Origin: Pseudobdellovibrionaceae bacterium
GTDB taxonomy: Bacteria > Bdellovibrionota > Bdellovibrionia > Bdellovibrionales > UBA1609
Assembly: GCA_043757545.1 (NCBI GenBank)
Contig: JAYVPG010000021.1
Span: 13,207-77,206 of the forward strand
Reading direction: 5' to 3'
DNA length: 64,000 nt
Shown here: one piece after another, positions 1 through 8,966 of the stretch
How positions within the stretch are numbered: position 1 is the first letter of the stretch
Layout of the letters: each line of letters starts with the position of its first letter
Notes under the pieces: generated by a model
What the model was told of the DNA's origin: nothing
The model's database searches: none
What the model saw: only the letters and a program-made list of their open reading frames with translations
Translations under genes and position numbers: made by a program

Positions 1-72
1 GTTTCTATGATTTTGAAAGGCATCTTCAGATCTTAAAGGAAAAAACATGATTTTTGCCTCAAAGGAAATTTT

Positions 73-603
73 ATGAAGGGACTTTATATTATGACAAGCG
101 TGCTTGCGCTGCTTACCGGCTGCTCAACAACCCAGGTAAAAGACTACAAAAATGAAAAGCCGACACTAGTTTTAAAAGACTATCTGAGCGGAAATCTAGA
201 GGCACATGGTTTTTTTCAAGATCGATCTGGCAAAGTTGTTAAAAGATTTAAAGTTCTTATGAGGGGAACTTGGATTGGAACTATCGGGACACTAGAAGAA
301 GATTTCCAATATTCGGACGGCACAAAATCAAAGAGGGTTTGGACATTAAAAATGCAGCCAGACGGAAAGTGCATCGGAACAGCAGCTGACGTAATTGGCG
401 AGGCGAACGGAGAAGCCGCCGGAAACGCGTTTCATTGGACATACACTTTAGATTTGCCAGTTAATGATAAAACCTACCACGTCCAATTTGACGACTGGAT
501 GTATTTAATGGAAGACGGCATCATGCTGAATAAATCTAAAATGAGTAAATTCGGATTTGATCTAGGCGAAGTTACGCTCGTATTTTTTAAAGCTAAGAAA
601 TAG
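73..603 (+). CDS. DUF3833-family lipoprotein
   Basis: It has a lipobox (LLTGC). The C-terminal stretch FDDWMYLMEDGIMLNKSKMSKFGFDLGEVTLVFFK matches my memory of DUF3833. The start could instead be Met7 (nt 91). Confidence 0.6.
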   Translation: MKGLYIMTSVLALLTGCSTTQVKDYKNEKPTLVLKDYLSGNLEAHGFFQDRSGKVVKRFKVLMRGTWIGTIGTLEEDFQYSDGTKSKRVWTLKMQPDGKCIGTAADVIGEANGEAAGNAFHWTYTLDLPVNDKTYHVQFDDWMYLMEDGIMLNKSKMSKFGFDLGEVTLVFFKAKK

Positions 604-612
604 TAGGTACTG

Positions 613-1296
613 ATGAAAATGCTGATTCTTACGTTGATTATAGTTACGCAATTTGCTCAAGCTGAGACTTTAGAGGGCGTCGCAAAAAATAAAAATGGGG
701 ACATCGTCTATCTAGAAAATCATGTAATCCAATTGAGCAGTGACGGACTTAACAAGTTTATTCGAGTTGAATATACAAAGCCCGACGGCACTCAATTCGC
801 CACAATGACCTCAGATTTTTCAAATAGTAACACGCTTCCAGATACACTTTTCATAGATAGCCGATTTAAGACAAAATTATCACTTCGGCTGTCTGGAAAA
901 TCTGTGGATTTCGAAGAATCACAGAATGATCAACCAGTTTCAAGAAAAATTATTCCATATCAAGAATCTATGGTTGCAAGCCAAGGATTTGATAGCTTTT
1001 TAAAAATGAATTTTTCAAAACTTCAGAATGAATCTGTTGATTTCAAATTCGGTGTTCTGGAAAGTAAAGACTTCTATTCATTAACTGGTTATCGAAAATC
1101 GACTAAATCCGGTGACGTAGAGTTCGGAATAAAAGCCAGCTCTTGGGTAGTACGCCTTTTCGCGAGCGAGCTAAAGGTAACATACGACTCAGCTACAAAG
1201 CGCCTTAAGTCTTTTTCAGGACGATCAAATATTCTCGATGACTCCGGCAGATCGCAAGATGTCACTATTAACTATCAGTGGAAAAGTGAACCATGA
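613..1296 (+). CDS. Secreted hypothetical protein
   Basis: The ORF is intact and has an N-terminal signal peptide (FAQA-ET). It lies 10 nt after the previous gene. I recognise no family. Confidence 0.5.
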   Translation: MKMLILTLIIVTQFAQAETLEGVAKNKNGDIVYLENHVIQLSSDGLNKFIRVEYTKPDGTQFATMTSDFSNSNTLPDTLFIDSRFKTKLSLRLSGKSVDFEESQNDQPVSRKIIPYQESMVASQGFDSFLKMNFSKLQNESVDFKFGVLESKDFYSLTGYRKSTKSGDVEFGIKASSWVVRLFASELKVTYDSATKRLKSFSGRSNILDDSGRSQDVTINYQWKSEP

Positions 1297-1381
1297 AAAG
1301 TGAGAGTACTCTGTTTACAATTGCATTATTATTTGCTTCTTTGCTATGGCCCTTAAATCTTAGCTTATCAAAAAGGTCTTC

Positions 1382-2155
1382 ATGAAAATCAAAGAAAGTC
1401 GTTTCGTTATCACCGGTGGAAATCGAGGCATAGGACTTGCCGTCGCAAAAATGGCGGCTGAAAATGGCGCGCATGTTTACATTGCATCCCGGTCGGTGGA
1501 AGGTGGAACTGAAGGCACTTTAAAAACATTAGGAGCAGCTTCGGTTCATTTTATACGCTGTGACCTATCGGGTAGAGACGGTGTAGAAAAGCTTGCTCAA
1601 CTATTAACAAAAATTGAGGTCGATATTCTATTCAATAATGCTGGTCTTTTGACTGGAGGAATTCTCGAAGAGCAAAGTCTTGACGATATTTACTCGATGT
1701 TTCAGGTCAATTTGAACGCACTAGTTCATTTAACTAGATCTGTGTTGCCAGGAATGGTTCAGCGCGGCAGGGGAAAAATTGTTAATAACTCGAGTGTTTC
1801 CGCTTTCATGCACTTTCCTTGCGCTTCAACTTATGCTGCATCAAAAGCCGCAGCCGTTGCGTTTACGGACTGCATTCAAGCAGAGCTTAACGGAACCGGA
1901 GTTTCAACTCTTTGCCTGATCACGCCAGGAATTAAAACGAGAATGTTTGATGAAATTGAAACAAAATATTCAAAAAATTTTGAAATCCCAACGGATTCAA
2001 TCTCGCCAGAAGAGTACGCTCAAAAAATTAAATTGGCAATCGAGTCTGATGCCAAATATCTGTATCCGGGTGGCGCGACTTCTTTTGGACTCTGGGTAGC
2101 TAAATATTTAAATCCATTGTTTCGTTCGGTCGTTCAAAACAAATTTAAAAGGTAA
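1382..2155 (+). CDS. Short-chain dehydrogenase/reductase (SDR) family oxidoreductase
   Basis: It has the TGGNRGIG cofactor motif, an NNAG motif and the catalytic YAASK motif. Confidence 0.85.
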   Translation: MKIKESRFVITGGNRGIGLAVAKMAAENGAHVYIASRSVEGGTEGTLKTLGAASVHFIRCDLSGRDGVEKLAQLLTKIEVDILFNNAGLLTGGILEEQSLDDIYSMFQVNLNALVHLTRSVLPGMVQRGRGKIVNNSSVSAFMHFPCASTYAASKAAAVAFTDCIQAELNGTGVSTLCLITPGIKTRMFDEIETKYSKNFEIPTDSISPEEYAQKIKLAIESDAKYLYPGGATSFGLWVAKYLNPLFRSVVQNKFKR

Positions 2156-2182
2156 GCAACAGATACATACAAGAGGTTCAAT

Positions 2183-2896
2183 ATGAAAACACTAAAAACA
2201 ATAGTACTCATTACAACGACTTTACTAACGGTGCAGACTAGCTCAGCTAGCACGCATGAAGAAACAGTGAGCGGCTTAAAAAAGCGAATTTTAAGTTTGG
2301 CTAAAGCCTATGAAGGAAAAGGTGACCCAGATCAATCAAAGCAGAAGACCATAGAGGTCTTGGTGCAAAAGTTGATTCAAGAGAATCCGATGCTCCCGGT
2401 AGCGGATCGAATTTCGATTTTGGCGGGCACATGGAAACAAGTCTGGGGTCCTTACGACTACCGGAATGACGATGGTGGTGTTGATCCAAAACTTGGAGTA
2501 AATGAAATTTATCAGGTTATTTTTGCAGACGGATACTATTACAACGTAGCGCCTTATTACCCAAATGAGGATAGAGGCCGAGAGCAAATCGGCTTGCTCC
2601 GTGGAGAATTTAAACTTGATTCAGATGATTCAAACGCCCTTCGCGTTCAATTCACAAAGTATCCAGGCGTTGAACCTCGCCCGACCAATTTGAATATATG
2701 GGAGCTTGCCGCGTTAGCAGAGAATGACAAGCTCGAAAATGAAGTTACAATTGTGCCAACTTGGATTGTGAAGCTCTTTTTCGGCGGCGGAAAGTTAGAA
2801 GAGATATACACCGATCAAGACGTTCGAATTTTATATGGATCAAAAGGAAAGAAAAATGCGCGCCGTTCGATTTATGTCATGACCCGTGTGAATTAG
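2183..2896 (+). CDS. Secreted PAP/fibrillin-like (lipid-associated) protein
   Basis: It has a signal peptide, a GTWKQVWG motif and a C-terminal EEIYTDQDVRILYG stretch. The latter resembles the fibrillin YLDxDLRIxRG motif. Confidence 0.4.
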   Translation: MKTLKTIVLITTTLLTVQTSSASTHEETVSGLKKRILSLAKAYEGKGDPDQSKQKTIEVLVQKLIQENPMLPVADRISILAGTWKQVWGPYDYRNDDGGVDPKLGVNEIYQVIFADGYYYNVAPYYPNEDRGREQIGLLRGEFKLDSDDSNALRVQFTKYPGVEPRPTNLNIWELAALAENDKLENEVTIVPTWIVKLFFGGGKLEEIYTDQDVRILYGSKGKKNARRSIYVMTRVN

Positions 2897-2909
2897 GAAA
2901 AGAGTCGCT

Positions 2910-3332
2910 ATGCCGTCACATAATTCATCGCATTCAAATCAAAAGATAACAGTCTACTACGATGGCCTCTGTCATCTTTGTTCTCGCGAAATCAACCATT
3001 ACAAAAAAATAAAGGGTTCTGAGAATATTCAATTTATGGATATAACTGACCCCTCATTTTCTTCGGCAGATGAAGGCCTTGATCCTGTCGCGATTCATCG
3101 CTCGATGCATGTTAAAGATAAAGATGGAAATTTAAAATTGGGTTTAGATTCCTTCATCACAATTTGGGGCGAACTTCCGGCGCTGCGACCTCTTGTTCCG
3201 ATTGCGACTATAAAACCAGTCTATTTTATTCTGAGTACTCTGTACTTTGCTTTTGCCAAAGTAAGGCCTCTACTCCCAAGAAAATCTTGTGAAAGTAGTC
3301 CCTATTGTGAAACAAATATTAAACCGTCATGA
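2910..3332 (+). CDS. DCC-family thiol-disulfide oxidoreductase (DUF393)
   Basis: The N-terminal YYDGLCHLCSREINHY matches the DxxCxxC signature of the DCC family. Confidence 0.7.
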   Translation: MPSHNSSHSNQKITVYYDGLCHLCSREINHYKKIKGSENIQFMDITDPSFSSADEGLDPVAIHRSMHVKDKDGNLKLGLDSFITIWGELPALRPLVPIATIKPVYFILSTLYFAFAKVRPLLPRKSCESSPYCETNIKPS

Positions 3333-3769
3333 CAAATTTCGACTCAGGCGCGGTAGCCATTCAGATTTTAAGTTGCGCATTCATGAGTGGAGTTATCGCA
3401 GTTATTCAACTCATCCACTACCCTTGCTTCAGTCAAATTGATTCAAACCAATTTTCGAATTTTCATTTACGTCACACTAAAGCCCTAGGATTAATCGCAG
3501 GCCCTATCATGGTGCTCGAACTCATTTCAGCCATCTGGCTCGTTCGGAATGGTAGCATACTATTTATTATCAATTTATTAGCTGTGATGGCGCTTTGGAT
3601 TTTAACCTTTTCAATCAGTATACCTTCTCACAATAAACTTGCTAAAGGCTTTAATGAACAAGCTTGGAAGAGACTATTAAGAACAAACTGGCCGCGAACT
3701 ATTTTGTGGTGGACTCGATCTATCGCATTTTTGATTTGCCTATGTGTTATGTTAAGGACATCGACATGA
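3329..3769 (+). CDS. Small integral membrane protein (DUF1772-like?)
   Basis: It has about four hydrophobic helices. It overlaps both neighbours by ATGA-type junctions. Confidence 0.45.
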   Translation: MTNFDSGAVAIQILSCAFMSGVIAVIQLIHYPCFSQIDSNQFSNFHLRHTKALGLIAGPIMVLELISAIWLVRNGSILFIINLLAVMALWILTFSISIPSHNKLAKGFNEQAWKRLLRTNWPRTILWWTRSIAFLICLCVMLRTST

Positions 3770-5253
3770 ACGCTATTTGTATTTTAGGCAATCAACTTTT
3801 TAATCCCAAAATTCTTCCGCAACCAAAGAGTCCTGATCTCATCGTGTTCATGCGAGAAGACCGAGAGCTCTGCACTCATTTTCGCTATCATAAGCACAAG
3901 ATTATTTTTTTTCTGTCGGCCATGCGAAAGTACGCAACCGAACTAAGAGACCATGGCTACAAAGTTCACTACGAAAGACTTGGCGAATTTGACGAGGCGT
4001 TCGAAAAGCGATTGCTACTGTTTTTACAGAAACAAAAAATTAAAAAATTGGAACTGTTTGAGGTCGAAGACAAGTTTTTCGAAAAGCGCTTATTTTCTAC
4101 TTTGAAAGACTCAAAAGTTGAAATTAACATCATTCAAAGTCCAATGTTTCTAACTTCGCGTGCCGAATTTTTGACTATCGTAAAAAAAAATAAAAGGCCC
4201 TTTATGAAGACCTTTTACGAATTTCAACGAAAGCGACTCAAGATTCTTTTAGATACAGATGGAAAGCCGTTGGGCGGGAAATGGAGCTTTGATGAAGATA
4301 ATCGACTAGCACTTCCTAAAGATCACGTCGTACCAAATGTGCCTAAATTTACTCCGGATGCGATTGACCGGGAAGTATTTAAGCTTGTTGACTCTGAGTT
4401 TTCAGACCATCCCGGAAATAGCTCAGACTTTTGGCTACCCACCGACAGGGCTGGTGCAAATACATGGGCCAAAGATTTTTTCGAGAAAAGATTTTCTTTG
4501 TTTGGCCCATTCGAAGATGCCTTTTCTAAAAACTATCCGTTTGTTTATCATTCTGTTCTTACGCCCTATCTGAATACCGGCCTAGTTACACCCAGAGACT
4601 GCATCACGGCTGCCTTAAGGACCGCAAAGCAAAAAAATATCCCAATGAATTCTTGCGAAGGTTTTATTCGACAAATAATTGGCTGGCGTGAGTTTATCAG
4701 GGGCATCTATCAGAATTTTAGCGAGATTCAAGACGAGAAAAACTTCTTTGCTCACAAAAAGAAGCTTAATTCATTGTGGTACTCAGGGAAAACCGGGATA
4801 GAGCCGCTAGATGACGTCATTCAAAAGACGCTAAAGTATGGCTATGCCCATCATATCGAAAGACTTATGATCGTCGGTTCACTAATGCTTCTTTTGGAAG
4901 TCGAACCCAAAGAGGCTCATCGATGGTTTATGGAGATGTTTATCGATTCTTCAGATTGGGTGATGGGTCCGAATGTCTATGGCATGGCGTTATTTTCTGA
5001 TGGTGGCATCTTTGCAACAAAGCCCTATTTTTGTGGCTCAAATTACTATAAAAAAATGGGCCGCTACAAGACAGGTGACTGGCAATTGGGTGTCGATGGA
5101 CTTTACTGGCAATTTATCAAAAAAAATGAAACGTTTTTCTTAAAGAATCCTCGTCTTTCAATGATGGTAAGAACCAGTCAGAAAATAACCGCAGAACGCT
5201 GGGAACAACTAGACAAAGCCGCTCAAATGCTGCGTGAAAAGCTGGTAACGTAA
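3766..5253 (+). CDS. Cryptochrome/photolyase-family protein (COG3046, photolyase-related)
   Basis: Family-typical stretches are YHKHKIIFFLSAMRKYA, IRQIIGWREFIRG and HHIERLM. I trimmed the start to the ATG at 3766 (MNAICILGNQLF), which overlaps the upstream stop. Confidence 0.8.
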   Translation: MNAICILGNQLFNPKILPQPKSPDLIVFMREDRELCTHFRYHKHKIIFFLSAMRKYATELRDHGYKVHYERLGEFDEAFEKRLLLFLQKQKIKKLELFEVEDKFFEKRLFSTLKDSKVEINIIQSPMFLTSRAEFLTIVKKNKRPFMKTFYEFQRKRLKILLDTDGKPLGGKWSFDEDNRLALPKDHVVPNVPKFTPDAIDREVFKLVDSEFSDHPGNSSDFWLPTDRAGANTWAKDFFEKRFSLFGPFEDAFSKNYPFVYHSVLTPYLNTGLVTPRDCITAALRTAKQKNIPMNSCEGFIRQIIGWREFIRGIYQNFSEIQDEKNFFAHKKKLNSLWYSGKTGIEPLDDVIQKTLKYGYAHHIERLMIVGSLMLLLEVEPKEAHRWFMEMFIDSSDWVMGPNVYGMALFSDGGIFATKPYFCGSNYYKKMGRYKTGDWQLGVDGLYWQFIKKNETFFLKNPRLSMMVRTSQKITAERWEQLDKAAQMLREKLVT

Positions 5254-5255
5254 AA

Positions 5256-5561
5256 ATGGGAGCAGCACGCGATTTTCAAAGAAAAATTGGGCGATTTTCA
5301 AAAGAAGAGATAGATCGATTAATCCGCATGGGTTGGGAAGACCGTACAACCTTTGAGACCATAGAGCAGCAATTTGATATTTCTGAAAATGATTTTATAA
5401 GACTTATGCGAGGTAAACTTTCTGAAGCAGCTTTTCTTCGTTGGCGTAAGCGGATTCAAAAGCATGGGCACCTTAAGCACGAAACCAAACGTGGATTTAA
5501 GACCGATCGATTTAAATGCACCCGGCAATCAACAGATGGAATCACCAAGGGTTGGAAGTAG
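5256..5561 (+). CDS. TIGR03643/DUF2805-family protein
   Basis: RMGWEDRTTFETIEQQFDISENDFIRLMR...WRKR matches the family. This family is known to sit next to photolyase genes. Confidence 0.6.
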   Translation: MGAARDFQRKIGRFSKEEIDRLIRMGWEDRTTFETIEQQFDISENDFIRLMRGKLSEAAFLRWRKRIQKHGHLKHETKRGFKTDRFKCTRQSTDGITKGWK

Positions 5562-5670
5562 ATGAATTCAGAAGCTCTGACATGACCAGACGCATGAACG
5601 GCGCATTAAAGACCTTCGGTGCCCTGTTTGAAATATCGAAGAAGTCTTTGAACTCTAAAGCACATTTTCT

Positions 5671-6027
5671 ATGAAAACATGTCTTTGCTGCGGACGAACT
5701 ATTGAATATAGAAAGAAATGGTCAAAAGACCGGGATCAAATAAAATTTTGCAGCGATCGATGCCGCAAAAATAGAGTTCGAGATGAATTTGAAGGCGCCA
5801 TTTTGGAACTTCTAAAATTGCGTGGAAATGGAAAAACCATATGTCCCTCTGAAGTACTGCCCAATTATAAGAAGCAAGACAAAATAGAAATGGAAAAAGT
5901 AAAATCAGCTGCTAGACGTTTAGTTGCAAAAGGAAAAATTGAAATTCACCAAAAAGGTCACCGTGTTGACTCCTCAACCGCAAAGGGACCCATCCGTCTA
6001 AAACTGGTTCAAGGGCATTTAATTTGA
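5671..6027 (+). CDS. DUF2256 zinc-ribbon fused to DUF3253 domain protein
   Basis: CLCCGRTIEYRKKWSKDRDQIKFCSDRCRKNR is DUF2256-like. TICPSEV...KGPIRLKL is DUF3253-like. Confidence 0.6.
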   Translation: MKTCLCCGRTIEYRKKWSKDRDQIKFCSDRCRKNRVRDEFEGAILELLKLRGNGKTICPSEVLPNYKKQDKIEMEKVKSAARRLVAKGKIEIHQKGHRVDSSTAKGPIRLKLVQGHLI

Positions 6028-6797
6028 AAAATGAAATGTGTTTAGGAATTGATCAAACTGGTGCTGTTGACAAAAATGGCACTCCAAGGCCGTTGCCATC
6101 TTGCCTGATCCGAAACAACGAAGTGATTTTTTTCTATTTAGAGTCTTTTTCAAAAGATCTTATTTTGGGAAAAGTTCGAAAGAAGGCTAATGATAATATT
6201 TCTATTTGTGTTGATTGTGTCATAGGCCTCCCAAGTGAACTGGATTTGTCTTGGCGAGAGGCTATTAAAAGGATTAGGCCTGATGCTGGCTATGGACGCT
6301 TGGCCGCGACAGAGTTTTTTAGCAAGCTTGGCAAAAAGAAGGTATGGAAAAGAAGAGTTGAACTACTGAGCGGTGCCAGCTCAGTTTTCAGAGAGCAACC
6401 ATTTCAGAGAAATATACAAACTGGCAGCTATAGAATATGGAAAGACATTGCAAAATCAGATCGCGATTTTTTTGTTCCATTTTTAGATGAGAAACCTATC
6501 ATTGGAGCGATACCAATTTTTGAGGGCTACCCGAGTTTCTCGTGGAAATTGCTATTTAATGTCAATAAAAGATCCCCTGAAAAAGTGATTCGCTTTACAA
6601 AACGACTTTTTCCTGAATTATCAATTTCTTCTGAACAAATTAAATTGCTAAAAAGGGACAAGAATTTTGCAGACGCGTTTGTACTGGCCTTAACGCTAAC
6701 CCAATTTAAATACGTAGAAATAGCTGAAGACTTTAAAAACGAAGGTTGGATTTTAGGTTTTCCAAAAAATAAATTTACTCTGAAGGACAACAAATGA
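6024..6797 (+). CDS. DUF429-like (RNase H-fold) protein
   Basis: It has an N-terminal LGIDQTG and a C-terminal FADAFVLAL, which resemble the conserved acidic motifs of DUF429. It overlaps both neighbours by 4 nt. Confidence 0.4.
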   Translation: MKNEMCLGIDQTGAVDKNGTPRPLPSCLIRNNEVIFFYLESFSKDLILGKVRKKANDNISICVDCVIGLPSELDLSWREAIKRIRPDAGYGRLAATEFFSKLGKKKVWKRRVELLSGASSVFREQPFQRNIQTGSYRIWKDIAKSDRDFFVPFLDEKPIIGAIPIFEGYPSFSWKLLFNVNKRSPEKVIRFTKRLFPELSISSEQIKLLKRDKNFADAFVLALTLTQFKYVEIAEDFKNEGWILGFPKNKFTLKDNK

Positions 6798-7228
6798 AAA
6801 ATTATCCTATGAATTTTACCGTAACAGGTTTTGCTAGTCAGGGAGCTCAATCTATTTGGTCGTCTGAAGTTCCTGAATATCATCGCTCACTATTCCTAGC
6901 GATACCACCTGAGTTTGACGGCCCTGGCGGAGGATTCAGTCCGGAAGATCTTTACGCTTTGGCTTTACAAAATTGTTTTATTGCCACTTTTAAGGTTTTT
7001 GCTGAGAAATCAAAACTTAACTTCTTAGAGATTCGAATCAAAACTATACTAACCGTCGATAGAAATGACAAAGGGCAACCTTGGATGGCGGCTGTTCATT
7101 TGGACATACGTCTTACAGGAATTGAAAAAAGAGAAGACGCTTCAAGAATTTTAGAACGTGTATCACAAAGCTGTCTTATTTTAAATTCCGTTAATACCCG
7201 TAAAACTTTTGATTTTAAAATTGAATAA
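6794..7228 (+). CDS. OsmC/Ohr-family peroxiredoxin-like protein
   Basis: GGFSPEDLYALALQNCFIATFKVFAEKSKL and SQSCLILNS carry the two conserved Cys positions of the OsmC fold. Confidence 0.7.
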   Translation: MKNYPMNFTVTGFASQGAQSIWSSEVPEYHRSLFLAIPPEFDGPGGGFSPEDLYALALQNCFIATFKVFAEKSKLNFLEIRIKTILTVDRNDKGQPWMAAVHLDIRLTGIEKREDASRILERVSQSCLILNSVNTRKTFDFKIE

Positions 7229-7240
7229 AAATCAGCTTTT

Positions 7241-7256
7241 ATCAGGATATCCTGAT
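7241..7256. terminator. Perfect 16-nt palindrome between convergent genes (possible bidirectional terminator)
   Basis: atcaggatatcctgat is self-complementary. It lies between the OsmC stop (7228) and the BTLCP stop (7267). The stem is weak and AT-rich. Confidence 0.3.
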
Positions 7257-7266
7257 CCAGGCCCAG

Positions 7267-7881
7267 TTATTTCATCGACACTTTAGTTTTATCGAGGGCA
7301 ATCCAGGATTTTGGATTGTCAGAACTTTGCCTTGTTAGGTAGGTGTATCCCGTCTCAAACCAATCTAAAATATTCTTACGACGGTTATCCAAAATAATAT
7401 CGCCTTGATCAGTACTTACAGTTAGCACAGAATGGCCATCTCCATTTTCATCTAGAACTACAGTTATCGCCAAAGCGCGAGCAGGAAGTCCAAGTCCAAC
7501 TAAGTAGCGCTTCTTAAGAAGTACGTAATCTTCGCAATCACCGGCTTCTACGGGATAGCTCCAATACTCTGGTACGCCGTACAATTCCATATCGGCCACG
7601 GGACGCACCTTCGTGTTCACGTATTGGTTCACCTGATTGAGTGCCTCCCAATTATCTTTTCGCATGACGACCGCGGACGGATCTGTAGGAGGATAGGTCA
7701 GACAGTTGATGTCGGTCGATTCCCTGCTGCAGAATTCGATAAACCCAACGGGTGGCAGCGCCTTGCCGAGTTGTTGTTCAAATGGCGGACGGATATTATT
7801 AACTGCGTCGACAGCTTGGGCAGTTGCCATTGCGCTGAACCCCAGAATGAAGCCAATCAAAATCAAACCAATCGTCCGCAT
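7267..7881 (-). CDS. Periplasmic transglutaminase-like cysteine peptidase (BTLCP, peptidase C93, LapG family)
   Basis: It has a signal peptide (ATAQA). GDCEDYVLLKKRYL, GHSVLTV and ILDN give the Cys-His-Asp signature. Confidence 0.8.
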   Translation of the reverse strand: MRTIGLILIGFILGFSAMATAQAVDAVNNIRPPFEQQLGKALPPVGFIEFCSRESTDINCLTYPPTDPSAVVMRKDNWEALNQVNQYVNTKVRPVADMELYGVPEYWSYPVEAGDCEDYVLLKKRYLVGLGLPARALAITVVLDENGDGHSVLTVSTDQGDIILDNRRKNILDWFETGYTYLTRQSSDNPKSWIALDKTKVSMK

Positions 7882-7896
7882 AATTTTCCCTTTATT

Positions 7897-8745
7897 TTAA
7901 GTGAAGGGCGTCCAAAAATATCCTTCGCCTCTCAAGATACCAATCGATCTAAATTCTGGATCGACCAATTCAAATTTTCTTCTGATCTTTCGAATTTGCT
8001 GACCAATTGTTTCAGAAGTGGATTTTTCGTCTAATTCCGATGAAGAGTATTTTTCGAATTGTCCCTCCTGGGTCGCCCGATAGAGTTGAATGATAGAGGT
8101 CGGCGTATTTGGATGTTCTCGAAGTTTTTTAAGAATCAAAAACTGGTGGCGAGTGAGCACAATGGTGTGCCCTTTCCAAACAATAGAATTGTCTCCTTGG
8201 TATTTTTCTAACCCGGTGTTTGATTTCCATATGTATCCTGTCGACCGAATCGTCTTCAAACTGTTAAAAGCCGGATCGACGGATTTAAACAGTTTTTTGA
8301 TTGTGCCGATATGGGTGATCAAATTGATTCGGGAATCAATTTGACGTGTTCCAAATTCTTCTTCGGGCCACACATCATTGATGATCGTTTCTTGACTGAC
8401 AACGGAGTTGGCGCGATCCACCAAGGCAAGCAAAATACGTTGTTCAGTATCAGTAAAGCTAGCTTGACGTCCTCTCGCAAAAAAATTTGTGTTCTTATGG
8501 TTGGTCGGGCGAATGTAGCTATTTTTCCAAAATGCTTTCCCGTTTTCGTATAACCTAAGATCGCCTTCATTTAGGATAAGATCCTGGTCCCCAGGGCTTG
8601 GAAGAGTCAGGTGAACAGTGCAAGGATCTGGAATTGGTTGTGTACCAGACTCTGCATTTGCCAGAGCAAAGCTAGACGTCACGGCAAGAATTGTTGCGAG
8701 CTTAGTAACAAAGGACTTCAAAGTAACTCCATCGGCATAAGACAT
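7897..8745 (-). CDS. Signal-peptide-bearing protein with two tandem OmpR/PhoB-type winged-helix (Trans_reg_C-like) domains
   Basis: The N-terminus is LATILAVTSSFALANA-ES. Domain 1 is FTDTEQRILLALVDRANSVVSQETIINDVW...TIRSTGYIW. Domain 2 is LTRHQFLILKKL...IRKIRRKF...ILRGEGYFW. It lies 15 nt upstream of the BTLCP gene. Confidence 0.6.
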   Translation of the reverse strand: MSYADGVTLKSFVTKLATILAVTSSFALANAESGTQPIPDPCTVHLTLPSPGDQDLILNEGDLRLYENGKAFWKNSYIRPTNHKNTNFFARGRQASFTDTEQRILLALVDRANSVVSQETIINDVWPEEEFGTRQIDSRINLITHIGTIKKLFKSVDPAFNSLKTIRSTGYIWKSNTGLEKYQGDNSIVWKGHTIVLTRHQFLILKKLREHPNTPTSIIQLYRATQEGQFEKYSSSELDEKSTSETIGQQIRKIRRKFELVDPEFRSIGILRGEGYFWTPFT

Positions 8746-8837
8746 CTATTAGAGCAATCTCTGTGCCCACTTTAGGTGTAATTACGACGGTTTAAGCCCT
8801 ACGGTGACCAAAATTGTTCAACATTGCTGGCGTAGCT

Positions 8838-8854
8838 TGGCAGTGCAGCTGCCA
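8838..8854. promoter_or_regulatory. Palindromic sigma-54-like -24/-12 element (TGGCA-N7-TGC on both strands)
   Basis: ttggcagtgcagctgccag has GG and GC 12 nt apart on either strand. It lies in the divergent intergenic region between 8745 and 8967. It may be only a hairpin. Confidence 0.3.
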
Positions 8855-8966
8855 GGTTTGCTTAAGGGCAAACAAGTGTCCCCTTGTTACTGAGACTCTT
8901 TGTACTTTTGAATGGCCAAGCCTACGTTATTTTAACTTAAATGGTTTCATTCCAAAGGGGGAATAA

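Noticed and set aside
1-36. A possible 3' end of an upstream plus-strand gene (frame 1 reads VSMILKGIFRS then a stop).
   Set aside because: Eleven codons are too short to support any call.
3664-3765. The N-terminal 34-codon extension of the photolyase-related ORF in the track.
   Set aside because: It overlaps the 3' end of the upstream membrane-protein gene. The ATG at 3766 gives the family-typical N-terminus (MNAICILGNQLF) and an ATGA stop/start junction.
4182-4190. An A9 homopolymer inside the photolyase-related gene, considered as a possible slippage or phase-variation site.
   Set aside because: The reading frame is intact through it (it encodes KKNK) and the surrounding gene is very AT-rich. 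There is no evidence of switching from a single sequence.
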